NCBI GenBank assembly: GCA_001805005.1
Contig: MHDO01000021.1
Coordinates: 1 to 43,082, forward strand
Length of the DNA: 43,082 nucleotides
Direction: 5' to 3'
DNA from: Nitrospinae bacterium RIFCSPLOWO2_12_39_16
GTDB lineage: Bacteria; Nitrospinota; Nitrospinia; UBA9942
Shown here: piece by piece, positions 31,229-41,399 of the stretch
Layout: each line of letters opens with the position of its first letter
Position numbering within the stretch: position 1 is the stretch's first letter
Position numbers and translations under genes: made by a program
Notes under the pieces: model-generated
Databases searched by the model: none
Told to the model about the DNA's origin: nothing
Seen by the model: the letters and a program-made list of their open reading frames with translations, nothing else

Positions 31229-31247
31229 GCCCACGAAAATCGTGGGC
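31229..31247 (+). promoter_or_regulatory. 5' leader hairpin of the rplU transcript
   Basis: GCCCACGA-AAA-TCGTGGGC is an 8-bp perfect stem, about 5 nt after the predicted TSS and 90 nt before ATG 31337. Confidence 0.4.
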
Positions 31248-31336
31248 ATTGTAGTTTATAGCAAAATAGACCTCCACACTCACCTGTCTCGTTAGGGGAG
31301 GAAGGAGGTTTTTAATTATGGATGGAGGATTATATC

Positions 31337-31837
31337 ATGTATGCAGTAGTTAAGACAGGCGGTAAACAGTATAAGGTATCATTAGGAGAGACTGTAAGGT
31401 TTGAAAAGGTAAAAGGGGGTAAAGGGGATAGGGTCAGTTTTGATAATGTCCTCATGGTTAATGATAAAGAGGCTAACTTTGGAAAGCCCGAAATAAAAGG
31501 GATGCCGGTTATCGGTGAGATAGTTGAGCAGGGCAATTCAAAGAAGATTCGTATTGTTAAGAAGAAAAGGAGAAAAAATTACAGGAAGACACAGGGGCAC
31601 AGGCAGCCATTTACCTCTGTAAAGATAATCTCAATTGGCGGAAATGCTGCAGTATCAGGGGCTGTAACTTATGCAGCTTCAGGAACGATTACTAATGCTG
31701 CTTCCGGGACAATCAGCGGAGCTGCTTCCGGTGCAATCACCGGTGCAACTTCAGGGACAGTAACAAAGACAGCGAAAAAGAAGACAACAAAGACTACTAA
31801 AACTGCTAAAACTGCAAAAACTAAAGGTTCTAAATAG
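31337..31837 (+). CDS. rplU: 50S ribosomal protein L21 with about 66-aa repetitive Lys-rich C-terminal extension
   Basis: MYAVVKTGGKQYKVSLGETVRFEKV...GHRQPFTSVKIISI is a complete L21 (about 100 aa). The ORF then continues through 4 x 24-nt repeats (AASGTITN) and KTAKT repeats to the stop at 31837. Confidence 0.9.
   Translation: MYAVVKTGGKQYKVSLGETVRFEKVKGGKGDRVSFDNVLMVNDKEANFGKPEIKGMPVIGEIVEQGNSKKIRIVKKKRRKNYRKTQGHRQPFTSVKIISIGGNAAVSGAVTYAASGTITNAASGTISGAASGAITGATSGTVTKTAKKKTTKTTKTAKTAKTKGSK
31646..31768 (+). repeat. 24-nt tandem repeats (x4, plus a 27-nt variant) in the rplU extension
   Basis: Units at 31673, 31697, 31721 and 31745 encode AASGTITN / AASGTISG / AASGAITG / ATSGTVTK. Confidence 0.85.
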
Positions 31838-31863
31838 TGTATTAAATTTTTTGGAGGTAGATT

Positions 31864-32116
31864 ATGGCACATAAAAAGGGTCAGGGCAGCACATCTAATG
31901 GAAGAGACAGTATTGGAAAAAGGCTTGGCGTTAAGAGATACGGGGGTCAGATAGTTTCTGCCGGCAGCATTATTGTAAGACAGAGAGGAACAAAGTTTTA
32001 TCCCGGAGAGAATGTCGGGCTTGGTGTAGACTACACTATATTTGCAAAGATAGATGGTGTTGTGAAGTTTGAGAGAAAGGGCAGAGACAAGAAGCTGGTA
32101 AGTGTATATGCAGTAT

Positions 32117-32118
<2 letters not shown>
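31864..32118 (+). CDS. rpmA: 50S ribosomal protein L27
   Basis: [29 protein letters not shown]...[15 protein letters not shown] is a near-consensus L27. Confidence 0.95.
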
Positions 32119-33206
<1,088 letters not shown>

Positions 33207-33207
33207 G

Positions 33208-34335
33208 GTGAATAGAAAAAAAGTATTAAAAAAAGTCAGTAGGATTGTAATTAAGATTGGAAGCGGGGTTCTTACCACTCCTGACAGAAGTGGACTTGAT
33301 GATACTGTCATAGAAGAAATTACCCGGCAGGTTTCAACCCTCCATAAATCAGGACATGAAACGATTCTTGTTTCATCAGGTGCTATTGCTGCAGGGGTGA
33401 AGGAATTAAACCTTAAAAAAACTCCAGTGGATATACCTCACAAGCAGGCTGCAGCAGCAATCGGTCAAAGCCATCTGATTGGAAAATATGAAAGGTATTT
33501 CAAGAGGGAAGGGCTTAATGTAGCCCAGATTCTCCTTACCCATGATGATTTAAGCAATAGGATAAGATACCTTAATGCAAAAAACACAATTCTTACTATT
33601 CTCTCTTACAAGGTTATACCAATAATAAATGAAAATGATACTGTAGCTGTTGATGAGATAAAGTTTGGTGATAATGATACACTGTCTGCCATGGTGGCAA
33701 ACTTAATAGAGGCAGATTTGCTGATAATACTTTCAGATGTGAAGGGGTTATACAGTGCTGACCCTAAGTTAGACCCAACAGCAGAATTGATACCTGTTGT
33801 AGAGAAAATAACCAATGAGATTGAGGTAATGGCAGGCGACAGCAGATCTGCTACTGGTGTAGGCGGGATGGTGACAAAGATTCAGGCTGCAAAGAGGTTG
33901 TCTCATTCTGGAATACCAACTGTTATAGTTGATGGAAAGGTGAATGGTATAATAGAGGCTGTAATAAAAGGAGAAGAGGTTGGGACATTATTTCTGCCTG
34001 AGGAGGATAAACTTGGCAGTAAGAAATACTGGATTGCCTATACCCTTAAATCTAAGGGAAAGGTAAGGGTGGATAACGGTGCGAAGAATGTTCTTATTGC
34101 AGATGGTAAGAGCCTTTTGCCGTCAGGTATTTTAGAGATAGAAGGTAAGTTTAAGAGCGGTGATATGGTTAGCTGTATTGACAGCCGCAATAGGGAGTTT
34201 GCAAGGGGACTTGTAAATTATAGTTCAAATGAGCTAAAAAAAATTAAGGGTAAGCGCAGTTCAGAGATTGAAGAAATACTTGGATATAAGATGGTTGATG
34301 AGGCTATACACAGGGACAATCTCGTGATTCTATGA
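33208..34335 (+). CDS. proB: Glutamate 5-kinase with C-terminal PUA domain
   Basis: RIVIKIGSGVLT, VSSGAIAAG, FGDNDTLSA, and a PUA-like C-terminus (LPSGILEIEGKFKSGDMV). GTG 33208 starts 2 nt after the obg stop. The track ATG 33175 would overlap obg by 32 nt. Confidence 0.9.
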   Translation: MNRKKVLKKVSRIVIKIGSGVLTTPDRSGLDDTVIEEITRQVSTLHKSGHETILVSSGAIAAGVKELNLKKTPVDIPHKQAAAAIGQSHLIGKYERYFKREGLNVAQILLTHDDLSNRIRYLNAKNTILTILSYKVIPIINENDTVAVDEIKFGDNDTLSAMVANLIEADLLIILSDVKGLYSADPKLDPTAELIPVVEKITNEIEVMAGDSRSATGVGGMVTKIQAAKRLSHSGIPTVIVDGKVNGIIEAVIKGEEVGTLFLPEEDKLGSKKYWIAYTLKSKGKVRVDNGAKNVLIADGKSLLPSGILEIEGKFKSGDMVSCIDSRNREFARGLVNYSSNELKKIKGKRSSEIEEILGYKMVDEAIHRDNLVIL

Positions 34336-34348
34336 AAGTATAAAATCT

Positions 34349-34455
34349 CTGGAACACTAATTACACGAATATACGAATGGCACGAATAAAAACTAAAATT
34401 TTTTCTGTTATCAACTATTGGTGTAATTAGTCCATTCGTGTTATTCGTGTTCAGG
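34349..34455 (+). repeat. Inverted arrays of ACGAAT-type units between proB and proA
   Basis: GAACAC..CACGAATATACGAATGG (left) versus CCATTCGTGTTATTCGTGTTC (right). Also TAATTACAC / GTGTAATTA. Confidence 0.6.
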
Positions 34456-34475
34456 TTTTTGTTTATTTTAATTCT

Positions 34476-35726
34476 ATGAAAGAGAAAATTTTAAAAATTG
34501 CACAGAAGGCAAAGGCTGCTTCAAGGAAGCTGTCCAACATTTCTACAAAGATTAAAAATGATTCTCTGATAGCAATGGCAGATTTGTTGGAGGAGAGAAC
34601 CAGTTTTATTGTTGAAGCCAATTTAAAAGACATAAAATATGCAAAGGGAAAAAAGCTCTCTCCAGCAATGATAGACCGTCTTACTTTGAATGCTGCGAGG
34701 ATAAAGGATATGTCAAAGGGTTTAAGGGAGATAGTGGCGCTACCTGACCCTGTAGGTGAGGTTGTCAGGATGTGGAGGAGGCCTAATGGCCTTCAGATAG
34801 GTAAGATACGGACACCGCTTGGTGTTATAGGAATAATATATGAATCAAGACCAAATGTAACTGCAGATGCCGCATCACTATGTATAAAATCAGGTAATGC
34901 AGTGATTTTAAGGGGTGGCTCAGAGGCAATAAACTCAAATATAGCAATTGCAAAGGTTCTCTCAGAGGGAGGGAGTTCTAAGGGACTGCCTGATAATTCC
35001 ATTCAGCTTATTGATGTCCCTGAGAGAGAGGCAATATTTGAGATGCTTAAGCTGGATGCCTATATTGACCTTATCATACCGAGGGGGGGGCATAGCCTTA
35101 TCAGGAGTGTAGTTGAGAATTCTACAATACCGGTTATAAAACATGATAAAGGGTTATGCCATGTTTACATAGATAGTGAGGCGGATTTAGAAATAGGAGA
35201 GAAAATAGCCTTTAATGCTAAGGTTCAACGTCCGAGTGTGTGTAATGCGATGGAGACCCTTCTTGTCCACAAGGATGTTGCCGGTTCATTTCTGCCGTCT
35301 ATGATAAAGAGATTTAAAGATGCAAATGTTGAGATAAGGGGATGCCAGAGGACAAAGGCAATAGTTTCTGATATTAAGGATGCAACTGATGATGATTGGG
35401 ATACAGAATATTTGGATTTGATACTCTCTGTAAAGGTTGTAGATAGTATTGATGATGCAATAGAGCATATAACACGGCACGGCTCAATGCTTTCAGAGGC
35501 GATTGTAACAAAGAATTATAATAATGCATGGAAATTTTTAAGAGAGGTTGATGCAGCATCGGTCTTTGTAAATGCATCTACAAGGTTTACAGACGGCGGA
35601 CAGTTCGGGCTTGGGGCAGAGATGGGGATTAGCACGCAGAAGCTCCACTGCCGAGGTCCTATGGGATTAGAGGAACTGACATCAACCAAGTATATTGTCT
35701 TTGGAGACGGACAGATAAGGGAATAA
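34476..35726 (+). CDS. proA: Gamma-glutamyl phosphate reductase
   Basis: GVIGIIYESRPNVTADA, ILRGGSEA, catalytic Cys in PSVCNAMETLLVH. Confidence 0.95.
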   Translation: MKEKILKIAQKAKAASRKLSNISTKIKNDSLIAMADLLEERTSFIVEANLKDIKYAKGKKLSPAMIDRLTLNAARIKDMSKGLREIVALPDPVGEVVRMWRRPNGLQIGKIRTPLGVIGIIYESRPNVTADAASLCIKSGNAVILRGGSEAINSNIAIAKVLSEGGSSKGLPDNSIQLIDVPEREAIFEMLKLDAYIDLIIPRGGHSLIRSVVENSTIPVIKHDKGLCHVYIDSEADLEIGEKIAFNAKVQRPSVCNAMETLLVHKDVAGSFLPSMIKRFKDANVEIRGCQRTKAIVSDIKDATDDDWDTEYLDLILSVKVVDSIDDAIEHITRHGSMLSEAIVTKNYNNAWKFLREVDAASVFVNASTRFTDGGQFGLGAEMGISTQKLHCRGPMGLEELTSTKYIVFGDGQIRE

Positions 35727-35727
35727 A

Positions 35728-35806
35728 ACAGTGTCAGTGTCAGTGAACAGTGTCAGCAAGAATACTATCGATACTGATACTGACACTAATCACTAACACT
35801 GAATTT
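35728..35806 (+). repeat. Hexa/heptamer arrays (CAGTGT, GATACT) between proA and nadD
   Basis: CAGTGTCAGTGTCAGTGAACAGTGTCAG ... GATACTGATACTGACACTAATCACTAACACTGAATTT-ATG. Confidence 0.75.
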
Positions 35807-36493
35807 ATGCGTATAGGAATAATGGGTGGGACATTTGACCCGATACATTATGGTCATCTGAACTCTGCAGAGGAGATTGCAGAGGTTTTTAAAATGAATA
35901 GGGTGATATTTATGCCCACATTTATTCCACCCCATAAGAAGAAAGAAAAGATAACAAATGTGTATCATAGGCTGATAATGACAATGCTTGCAACACTCTC
36001 AAATCCGAGGTTTACAGTGTCGACTATTGAAATTGAAAGGGATGGATACTCATACACAATTGATACAGTAAACGAACTGAGAAATAGTTTTAATAAGGGT
36101 TCAGTAAAAAATAAGTTTTATTTTATTGTAGGGGTTGATGCATTTAAAGAGATATTTACATGGAAGGATGCTGTCAGACTGCTAAAAAATTGCGATTTTA
36201 TTGTTACTACACGTCCTGGTTATATAGTGGATGACCTTTTTAATGTACTTAATGATACTGCTGCTAAAAAATATAAAAATGTAAAATTTAAGATAGACAG
36301 AAAAAATCCCTTTGGAAAATCTCCGAGATTATATATAATCGGTTCTAAACATTTTATATATCCTGTTGAAACGACTGCACTGGATATATCGTCAACAGAT
36401 ATTAGGAGAAGGGTTAAAAATGGCATGACTGTAAAATACCTCTTACCAGAATTTGTAGAGGAGTATATTAATAAAAACAGGCTTTATAAGTAA
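35807..36493 (+). CDS. nadD: Nicotinate-nucleotide adenylyltransferase
   Basis: MRIGIMGGTFDPIHYGHL (GxFxPxHxGH) and a C-terminal ISSTDIR motif. The track extension (MSARILSILILTLITNTEF) is repeat-encoded. Confidence 0.9.
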   Translation: MRIGIMGGTFDPIHYGHLNSAEEIAEVFKMNRVIFMPTFIPPHKKKEKITNVYHRLIMTMLATLSNPRFTVSTIEIERDGYSYTIDTVNELRNSFNKGSVKNKFYFIVGVDAFKEIFTWKDAVRLLKNCDFIVTTRPGYIVDDLFNVLNDTAAKKYKNVKFKIDRKNPFGKSPRLYIIGSKHFIYPVETTALDISSTDIRRRVKNGMTVKYLLPEFVEEYINKNRLYK

Positions 36494-36504
36494 GGAGACA
36501 AAAA

Positions 36505-36882
36505 CTGAAATTAAAAGATAAGGCATTTTTAAGTTATAGTGCTGCGGTTAATAAAAAGGCTTTGGATATTGTTGTCTATGATATAAGGGGATTATCTTCT
36601 ATTGCCGATATATTTATGATATGCAGCGGCACATCGTCCCGTCAGGTTCAGGCAATTGCCGATGCCATAATGGAGGAGATGGATAATAGGGGCATCAGGT
36701 GTCATCATATAGAGGGTTATGAAAGCGGGAGATGGGTTCTTTTGGATTATAACGATGTAATTATCCATATTTTTTATGAGGAGACACGAAGGTTTTATGG
36801 TCTTGAGAGATTGTGGGGTGATGCCCCTGCTATAGTTTTTGATTCATCAATTAAGAAGGTTCATGATGCGGCGAAAAATTGA
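36505..36882 (+). CDS. rsfS: Ribosomal silencing factor RsfS (Iojap family); probable non-ATG start
   Basis: KKALDIVVYDIRGLSSIADIFMICSGTSSRQVQAIADAI...WVLLDYNDVIIHIF...YGLERLWGDA. The family alignment needs about 19 residues upstream of TTG 36562. SD AAGGAG (36492-36497) sits 7 nt before CTG 36505. Confidence 0.8.
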   Translation: MKLKDKAFLSYSAAVNKKALDIVVYDIRGLSSIADIFMICSGTSSRQVQAIADAIMEEMDNRGIRCHHIEGYESGRWVLLDYNDVIIHIFYEETRRFYGLERLWGDAPAIVFDSSIKKVHDAAKN

Positions 36883-36910
36883 GCTTAAAGAAAGGAGTTA
36901 AAAGGGAGAT

Positions 36911-37279
36911 ATGAAAAAGGATAGGTTAAAATATTTTAAGAAAAAGCTGTTGGATATAAGAAAGGAATTGGTTGGAGAGGTGGAAAAGAGTAGGCAGTAT
37001 AGCCATGAAGAGGTTGATGGTGATGTGCCTGATATAAATGATGATGCCAGCAGAACCTATTCCCGTCAGGTGATATTGGAGCTTGGTGAAAGGGAGAGGG
37101 AGCAGATAAAAGAGGTTGATGAGGCGATTGAGAGGATTGAGAATGGAGAATATGGTTTTTGTATTGAATGCGGTGAAGAGATATCTGAGAAACGATTAGA
37201 GTTGATTCCTTATGCGAAGTGGTGTGTTGACTGTAAGGAAAAGCTGGAATCAAAAGGGAAAAATCAGCAATCAATGTGA
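36911..37279 (+). CDS. DksA/TraR-family C4 zinc-finger protein
   Basis: Coiled-coil N-terminus, then CIECGEEISEKRLELIPYAKWCVDCKE (C-x2-C-x17-C-x2-C). Confidence 0.85.
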   Translation: MKKDRLKYFKKKLLDIRKELVGEVEKSRQYSHEEVDGDVPDINDDASRTYSRQVILELGEREREQIKEVDEAIERIENGEYGFCIECGEEISEKRLELIPYAKWCVDCKEKLESKGKNQQSM

Positions 37280-37301
37280 CAGCAGAAGATTAATTTGATT
37301 A

Positions 37302-38669
37302 TTATTCTTCGTTTTTAGATACGATATTGTAAGCCTTAAGTTTTTCCCAGAGATTTTTTCTGCTTATACCCAATATTTTGGCAGCCTTTATCCTGTTCCA
37401 GTTCGTCTTTTCCAATACCTTCATGAGGTGGGTCATTTCAGTTTTTGATATGACCTCTTTTAATGAAGGTATATCTTCATTCCTGAGCGAGATAAACCCG
37501 TCCTTTTCTACCGCCATCACAATATCATATGCATTAATTGTATCACCTGCAGAGAGCGCCACTGACCTCTCAATGATATTTTCTAATTCCCTGACATTTC
37601 CCGGGAAATCGTAGTCCATCAGACATTTTAATGCCTCTGGTGTGATTTCTACGAGCTTGCCCAGCTTTTCATTAAACCTTTTTATAAAATAATCTACGAG
37701 GAGCGGGATATCCTCTTTTCTCTCTCTCAATGGTGGTATATGGATTGGTATGACCTTTAATCGGTAATAAAGGTCTTCACGAAATTCTCCGTCCTCAATC
37801 GCTTTTTCAAGATTCTTTCTGGCTGCCGATATTATGCGTACATCTACCTTAATTGTCTCCTCGCCGCCAACCCTTTCAAATTCACTCTCCTGTATAGCCC
37901 TCAGAAGTTTTACCTGTATGGACATAGGGATTTCTCCAATTTCGTCAAGGAATATAGTTCCGTCTTTTGCCATCTCAAACCTTCCATACCTTCTCTTTAT
38001 GGCACCTGTGAAAGACCCCTTCTCATGGCCAAAGAGCTCGCTTTCAAGGAGCGTCTCAGGGAGTGCAGCACAGCTAACCTTTATAAATGGGTTCTTTGCC
38101 CTCTTACTTTTAAGGTGGATTATATTTGCAACAAGCCCCTTACCTGTTCCGCTCTCTCCTGTGATTAGTATATTTGAATCTACCTTGGATACCCTTTCTA
38201 TTAAATCAAACACCCCCTGCATCATATTACTTTTGCCGATTATATTTAGGAGAGAGTGGTCATCGCACTGATTTTTAAGTGCAGCATAATCATTCTTCAG
38301 TATTTGATAGTCTATTATCTTTTTTATTCTAAAAATCAGGTCATCTGTATGGAAGGGCTTTGTTATGTAGTCATAGGCACCAAATTTTATTATCCCTACT
38401 GCATCCTCTATGTTGCCAAAGGCTGTTATCATTATTACCTCCGTATTGGGATAATAATTCTTTACCTCTTTAAGCACATCAATGCCGTTAATTTTTGGCA
38501 GCCTTATATCAGATATGACAATATCAAAATTGTTTTTTTTAATGAGATTTAATCCCTCCTGGCCGTCTTCGGCTGCGGTCACAGGCCAGCCCATCTTCTT
38601 AAGGCTGTCAGATATGGTGATTCTGAGTATCTCATCGTCTTCTATTAATAGTATGTTTGGATTGAACAT
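37302..38669 (-). CDS. Sigma-54-dependent response regulator, NtrC family
   Basis: REC (ILLIEDDE...VISDIRLPKINGI), [45 protein letters not shown]. Lies 10 nt downstream of the kinase gene. Confidence 0.95.
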   Translation of the reverse strand: MFNPNILLIEDDEILRITISDSLKKMGWPVTAAEDGQEGLNLIKKNNFDIVISDIRLPKINGIDVLKEVKNYYPNTEVIMITAFGNIEDAVGIIKFGAYDYITKPFHTDDLIFRIKKIIDYQILKNDYAALKNQCDDHSLLNIIGKSNMMQGVFDLIERVSKVDSNILITGESGTGKGLVANIIHLKSKRAKNPFIKVSCAALPETLLESELFGHEKGSFTGAIKRRYGRFEMAKDGTIFLDEIGEIPMSIQVKLLRAIQESEFERVGGEETIKVDVRIISAARKNLEKAIEDGEFREDLYYRLKVIPIHIPPLRERKEDIPLLVDYFIKRFNEKLGKLVEITPEALKCLMDYDFPGNVRELENIIERSVALSAGDTINAYDIVMAVEKDGFISLRNEDIPSLKEVISKTEMTHLMKVLEKTNWNRIKAAKILGISRKNLWEKLKAYNIVSKNEE

Positions 38670-38679
38670 ATAAAAACTG

Positions 38680-41307
38680 TCAATTGACTGATGGTATTTG
38701 TTTTTTTGGTATAGTAATAGTAAAAGTAGTCCCTCTGTTTATCTCACTCTGAACCTCTATTCTTCCCCCAAGCCTTTCTATTATGCCATAGCTGACAGAC
38801 AGACCGAGCCCTGTTCCTGTCCCAACATCTTTAGTTGTAAAGAACGGGTCAAATATCCTGCTCAAGTTCTCTTGCGGGATGCCTATTCCGGTATCCGATA
38901 TAGCCACAACAAGCTCATCTCTTTCTTCCATACTTTTTATTGTCAGGATGCCGCCGCTGTCAGTAATTGCCTGTATTGCATTGATAATTACATTAAGAAT
39001 GACCTGCTGTAAATGGTTATAATCCAGTATAAATTTTTTGCTGTTCGTATTTAAGTCAAGTTTTAATTCTAAATTTCTCTCCTTTATTTTATATTCAACC
39101 AGTTTCAGAGTTTCTGTAATTATCTCGTCAAGGTTGTGCGGGGAGAATTCAAATTGGTGCTCCTTTGCAAAATCAAGCAGATTTCTTATAACAGATTCTA
39201 TTCTATTTAGCCCCTTTTCCAAAAGGGGGATGTATTTCTTTCTGACATCCTCATCATTTCCATCAGTATTTAGCGTCCTTACACAATTTTGCATTCCCCC
39301 CAATGGATTATTTATTTCATGGGCTATTCCTGTTGCCAGCTGTCCTATTGCAGCGAGCTTCTCTGTCCTGTTCATCTGATGTTGTATCCTCTTCTGTTCT
39401 GTAATATCCCTTGCGATTCCAAGCAGGTCTGTTATATTGCCACTTTCATCTTTTAGGGGTGACGAGCTTATAACTACATTCCTTATTTCACCCTTCTTAT
39501 TTGAAATTTCAACCTCGTATATCTGTTTTATGCCGTCTTTTATTGACCTATTGAACCTTTTACCTTCATGTCTTGGTGCGAGGATACTGAATATTGACTG
39601 CCCTATAAGTTCATCCTTTTTATAGCCCCAGTCTTCAATCTTCTGATTCAGGTAAGTGAATGTTCCATCCCTGTTTACTATATATATGACATCATTGGCA
39701 TTCTCTAAAAGGTTCTGCAGGTAATCCTTTGTCTCTTTAATCTCCTTTGTCCTGTCTTCAATCATTTTCTCCAGATGCTCACTGTATTCCTTTAATTCTT
39801 TCTCCATCTTCTTTTTGACTGTAACATCCCTTACGACCATTACTGAGCCTATAGTTTTTTCTCCTGACTTTATAGATGTGGCAACTATCTCAGCTGTCTT
39901 TTCGCCTATTGTGGATGTTGTAAACCAAGGCATCTTATCAGGTTGTTTTATTAATTCTCCCACCCTCTCAGGTTTCCCGTGACAGGGGAATATACTCTTT
40001 CCAAGGATATGTTTTTTGTTTACATCAAGTATTTCCTCAGCAGTAGGATTTACAATTATGACCTTATTTTCCTCATCTGCCACAATAATCCCATCCCCTA
40101 CACTAAGCAGTATGCTTTCTAATGTATTCTTTTCCTCTGACAATTCGCTGTAAAGCCCTGTCAATCTTCCAGCCATCTTGTTAAATTCTATTGCCAGAGA
40201 GGAAATTTCATCACCGGTATCTATGCTCAGCCTGTGCTCAAAATTCCCCTTTCCTATGAGTTCTGCCCCCTCTTTAAGGAGGAGTATAGGCTTTCCGATT
40301 TTATTCGCCGCATATATGCCGAGTGTAGAAAGGATTGCCACCATAATAATGCCGCTTAATAAGACAAGGAGTAAGAGTCTGTTAATAGGAGAGTAGGTTT
40401 CATCAGGGTGCTGCCTCACGAAGATAAACCATTTCTTCTTGCCAAAACTCATGTCAAAATCGTATGTAAGTTTGACAGGTGCAAAACCGATTATAGAATC
40501 TATTCCGCCGTGTGCATCATCCGCCGCCACTGCCCACCCAGGCTCATTGCTGATTATCAAATTCATCAGGGACTTGTCAATTGAGTGGCTCCTTGGCGGG
40601 AATATGGGGCACATTATAATTGACCCTTCAGAATCCACTAAATTAGCATGTCCGGTTTCATCAATCTGGACATCTGATATTATCTTATAAAGAGTATCTA
40701 TCTTTAAAATTGCTTTAATAATGCCAGTCGTGTTTCCATCTTCTATTAGCGGGATAACCATAGTGATTAGAGGCTTTCCATCTTTATCATCAAAATAGAC
40801 ATCACTTAAATATACTTTATTACTTTTGCCGGAAAGTATATCTTTAACCACATCTTCATCATCTTGAAATATGGGTTTGTTCTGGTTTTTAGTATCGGAA
40901 GTAGCTACTAGAATTCCATTTTTATCGGTTACATAAATTACTATGTATTCTTCCTTATTATGGTTTTTAAACTGCCTTAGATGTTCAGATGCCTGATTGC
41001 CCATAATCCCCTCTTGCCCCCCTTTATCAAAGGGGGGTTGGGGGGATTTAACTGCATCTCTTATATCAGGAGAAAATGTAAGATTGTGAAGCTCATCTAT
41101 CTCCCTATGTAATATGATATTGACCTTATCAGCAGTCTCTTTTGCAATCTCTTTAAAGTTTGCACCTATGGAATTTCTTATAACCTTAGTGCTGCCGATT
41201 GATATTAGAAATATTCCGAGGACTAAGGGGAGAAGCCCCACTATAACCATTGTGGAGACAAGGTTTCGCCTGATACTCTTTTTTCTGAAATTTTCTAATA
41301 TGTTCAT
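38680..41307 (-). CDS. Sensor histidine kinase (Cache-like periplasmic domain - HAMP - 2 x PAS - HisKA - HATPase)
   Basis: TM1 VIVGLLPLVLGIFLISIG, about 290-aa external domain, TM2, HAMP (PILLLKEGAELIGKGNFEHRL), two PAS-like modules, H-box GIAHEINNPL, G boxes DTGIGI / GTGLGLS. Confidence 0.95.
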   Translation of the reverse strand: MNILENFRKKSIRRNLVSTMVIVGLLPLVLGIFLISIGSTKVIRNSIGANFKEIAKETADKVNIILHREIDELHNLTFSPDIRDAVKSPQPPFDKGGQEGIMGNQASEHLRQFKNHNKEEYIVIYVTDKNGILVATSDTKNQNKPIFQDDEDVVKDILSGKSNKVYLSDVYFDDKDGKPLITMVIPLIEDGNTTGIIKAILKIDTLYKIISDVQIDETGHANLVDSEGSIIMCPIFPPRSHSIDKSLMNLIISNEPGWAVAADDAHGGIDSIIGFAPVKLTYDFDMSFGKKKWFIFVRQHPDETYSPINRLLLLVLLSGIIMVAILSTLGIYAANKIGKPILLLKEGAELIGKGNFEHRLSIDTGDEISSLAIEFNKMAGRLTGLYSELSEEKNTLESILLSVGDGIIVADEENKVIIVNPTAEEILDVNKKHILGKSIFPCHGKPERVGELIKQPDKMPWFTTSTIGEKTAEIVATSIKSGEKTIGSVMVVRDVTVKKKMEKELKEYSEHLEKMIEDRTKEIKETKDYLQNLLENANDVIYIVNRDGTFTYLNQKIEDWGYKKDELIGQSIFSILAPRHEGKRFNRSIKDGIKQIYEVEISNKKGEIRNVVISSSPLKDESGNITDLLGIARDITEQKRIQHQMNRTEKLAAIGQLATGIAHEINNPLGGMQNCVRTLNTDGNDEDVRKKYIPLLEKGLNRIESVIRNLLDFAKEHQFEFSPHNLDEIITETLKLVEYKIKERNLELKLDLNTNSKKFILDYNHLQQVILNVIINAIQAITDSGGILTIKSMEERDELVVAISDTGIGIPQENLSRIFDPFFTTKDVGTGTGLGLSVSYGIIERLGGRIEVQSEINRGTTFTITIPKKQIPSVN
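41005..41048. repeat. G/C-tract nested palindromic element inside the kinase CDS
   Basis: AATCCCCTCTTGCCCCCCTTTATCAAAGGGGGGTTGGGGGGATT. Inner stem CCCCCCTTT/AAAGGGGGG. Encodes SPQPPFDKGGQEGI. Confidence 0.8.
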
Positions 41308-41399
41308 GAAATTATATAGCCGCTAAGACACAAAGGCACAAACTAATAAAGAATAATTTTTTCTTAGGGTCTTCGAGTCTTAGTGGCATGTTTTTGTTC
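41303..41399 (+). repeat. Gene-boundary hairpin element, AAGACACAAAGG subfamily, copy 2
   Basis: TTCATGAAATTATATAGCCGCTAAGACACAAAGGCACAAACTAATAAAGAATAATTTTTTCTTAGGGTCTTCGAGTCTTAGTGGCATGTTTTTGTTC. The CAT at 41305-41307 is the kinase start codon. Confidence 0.8.
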
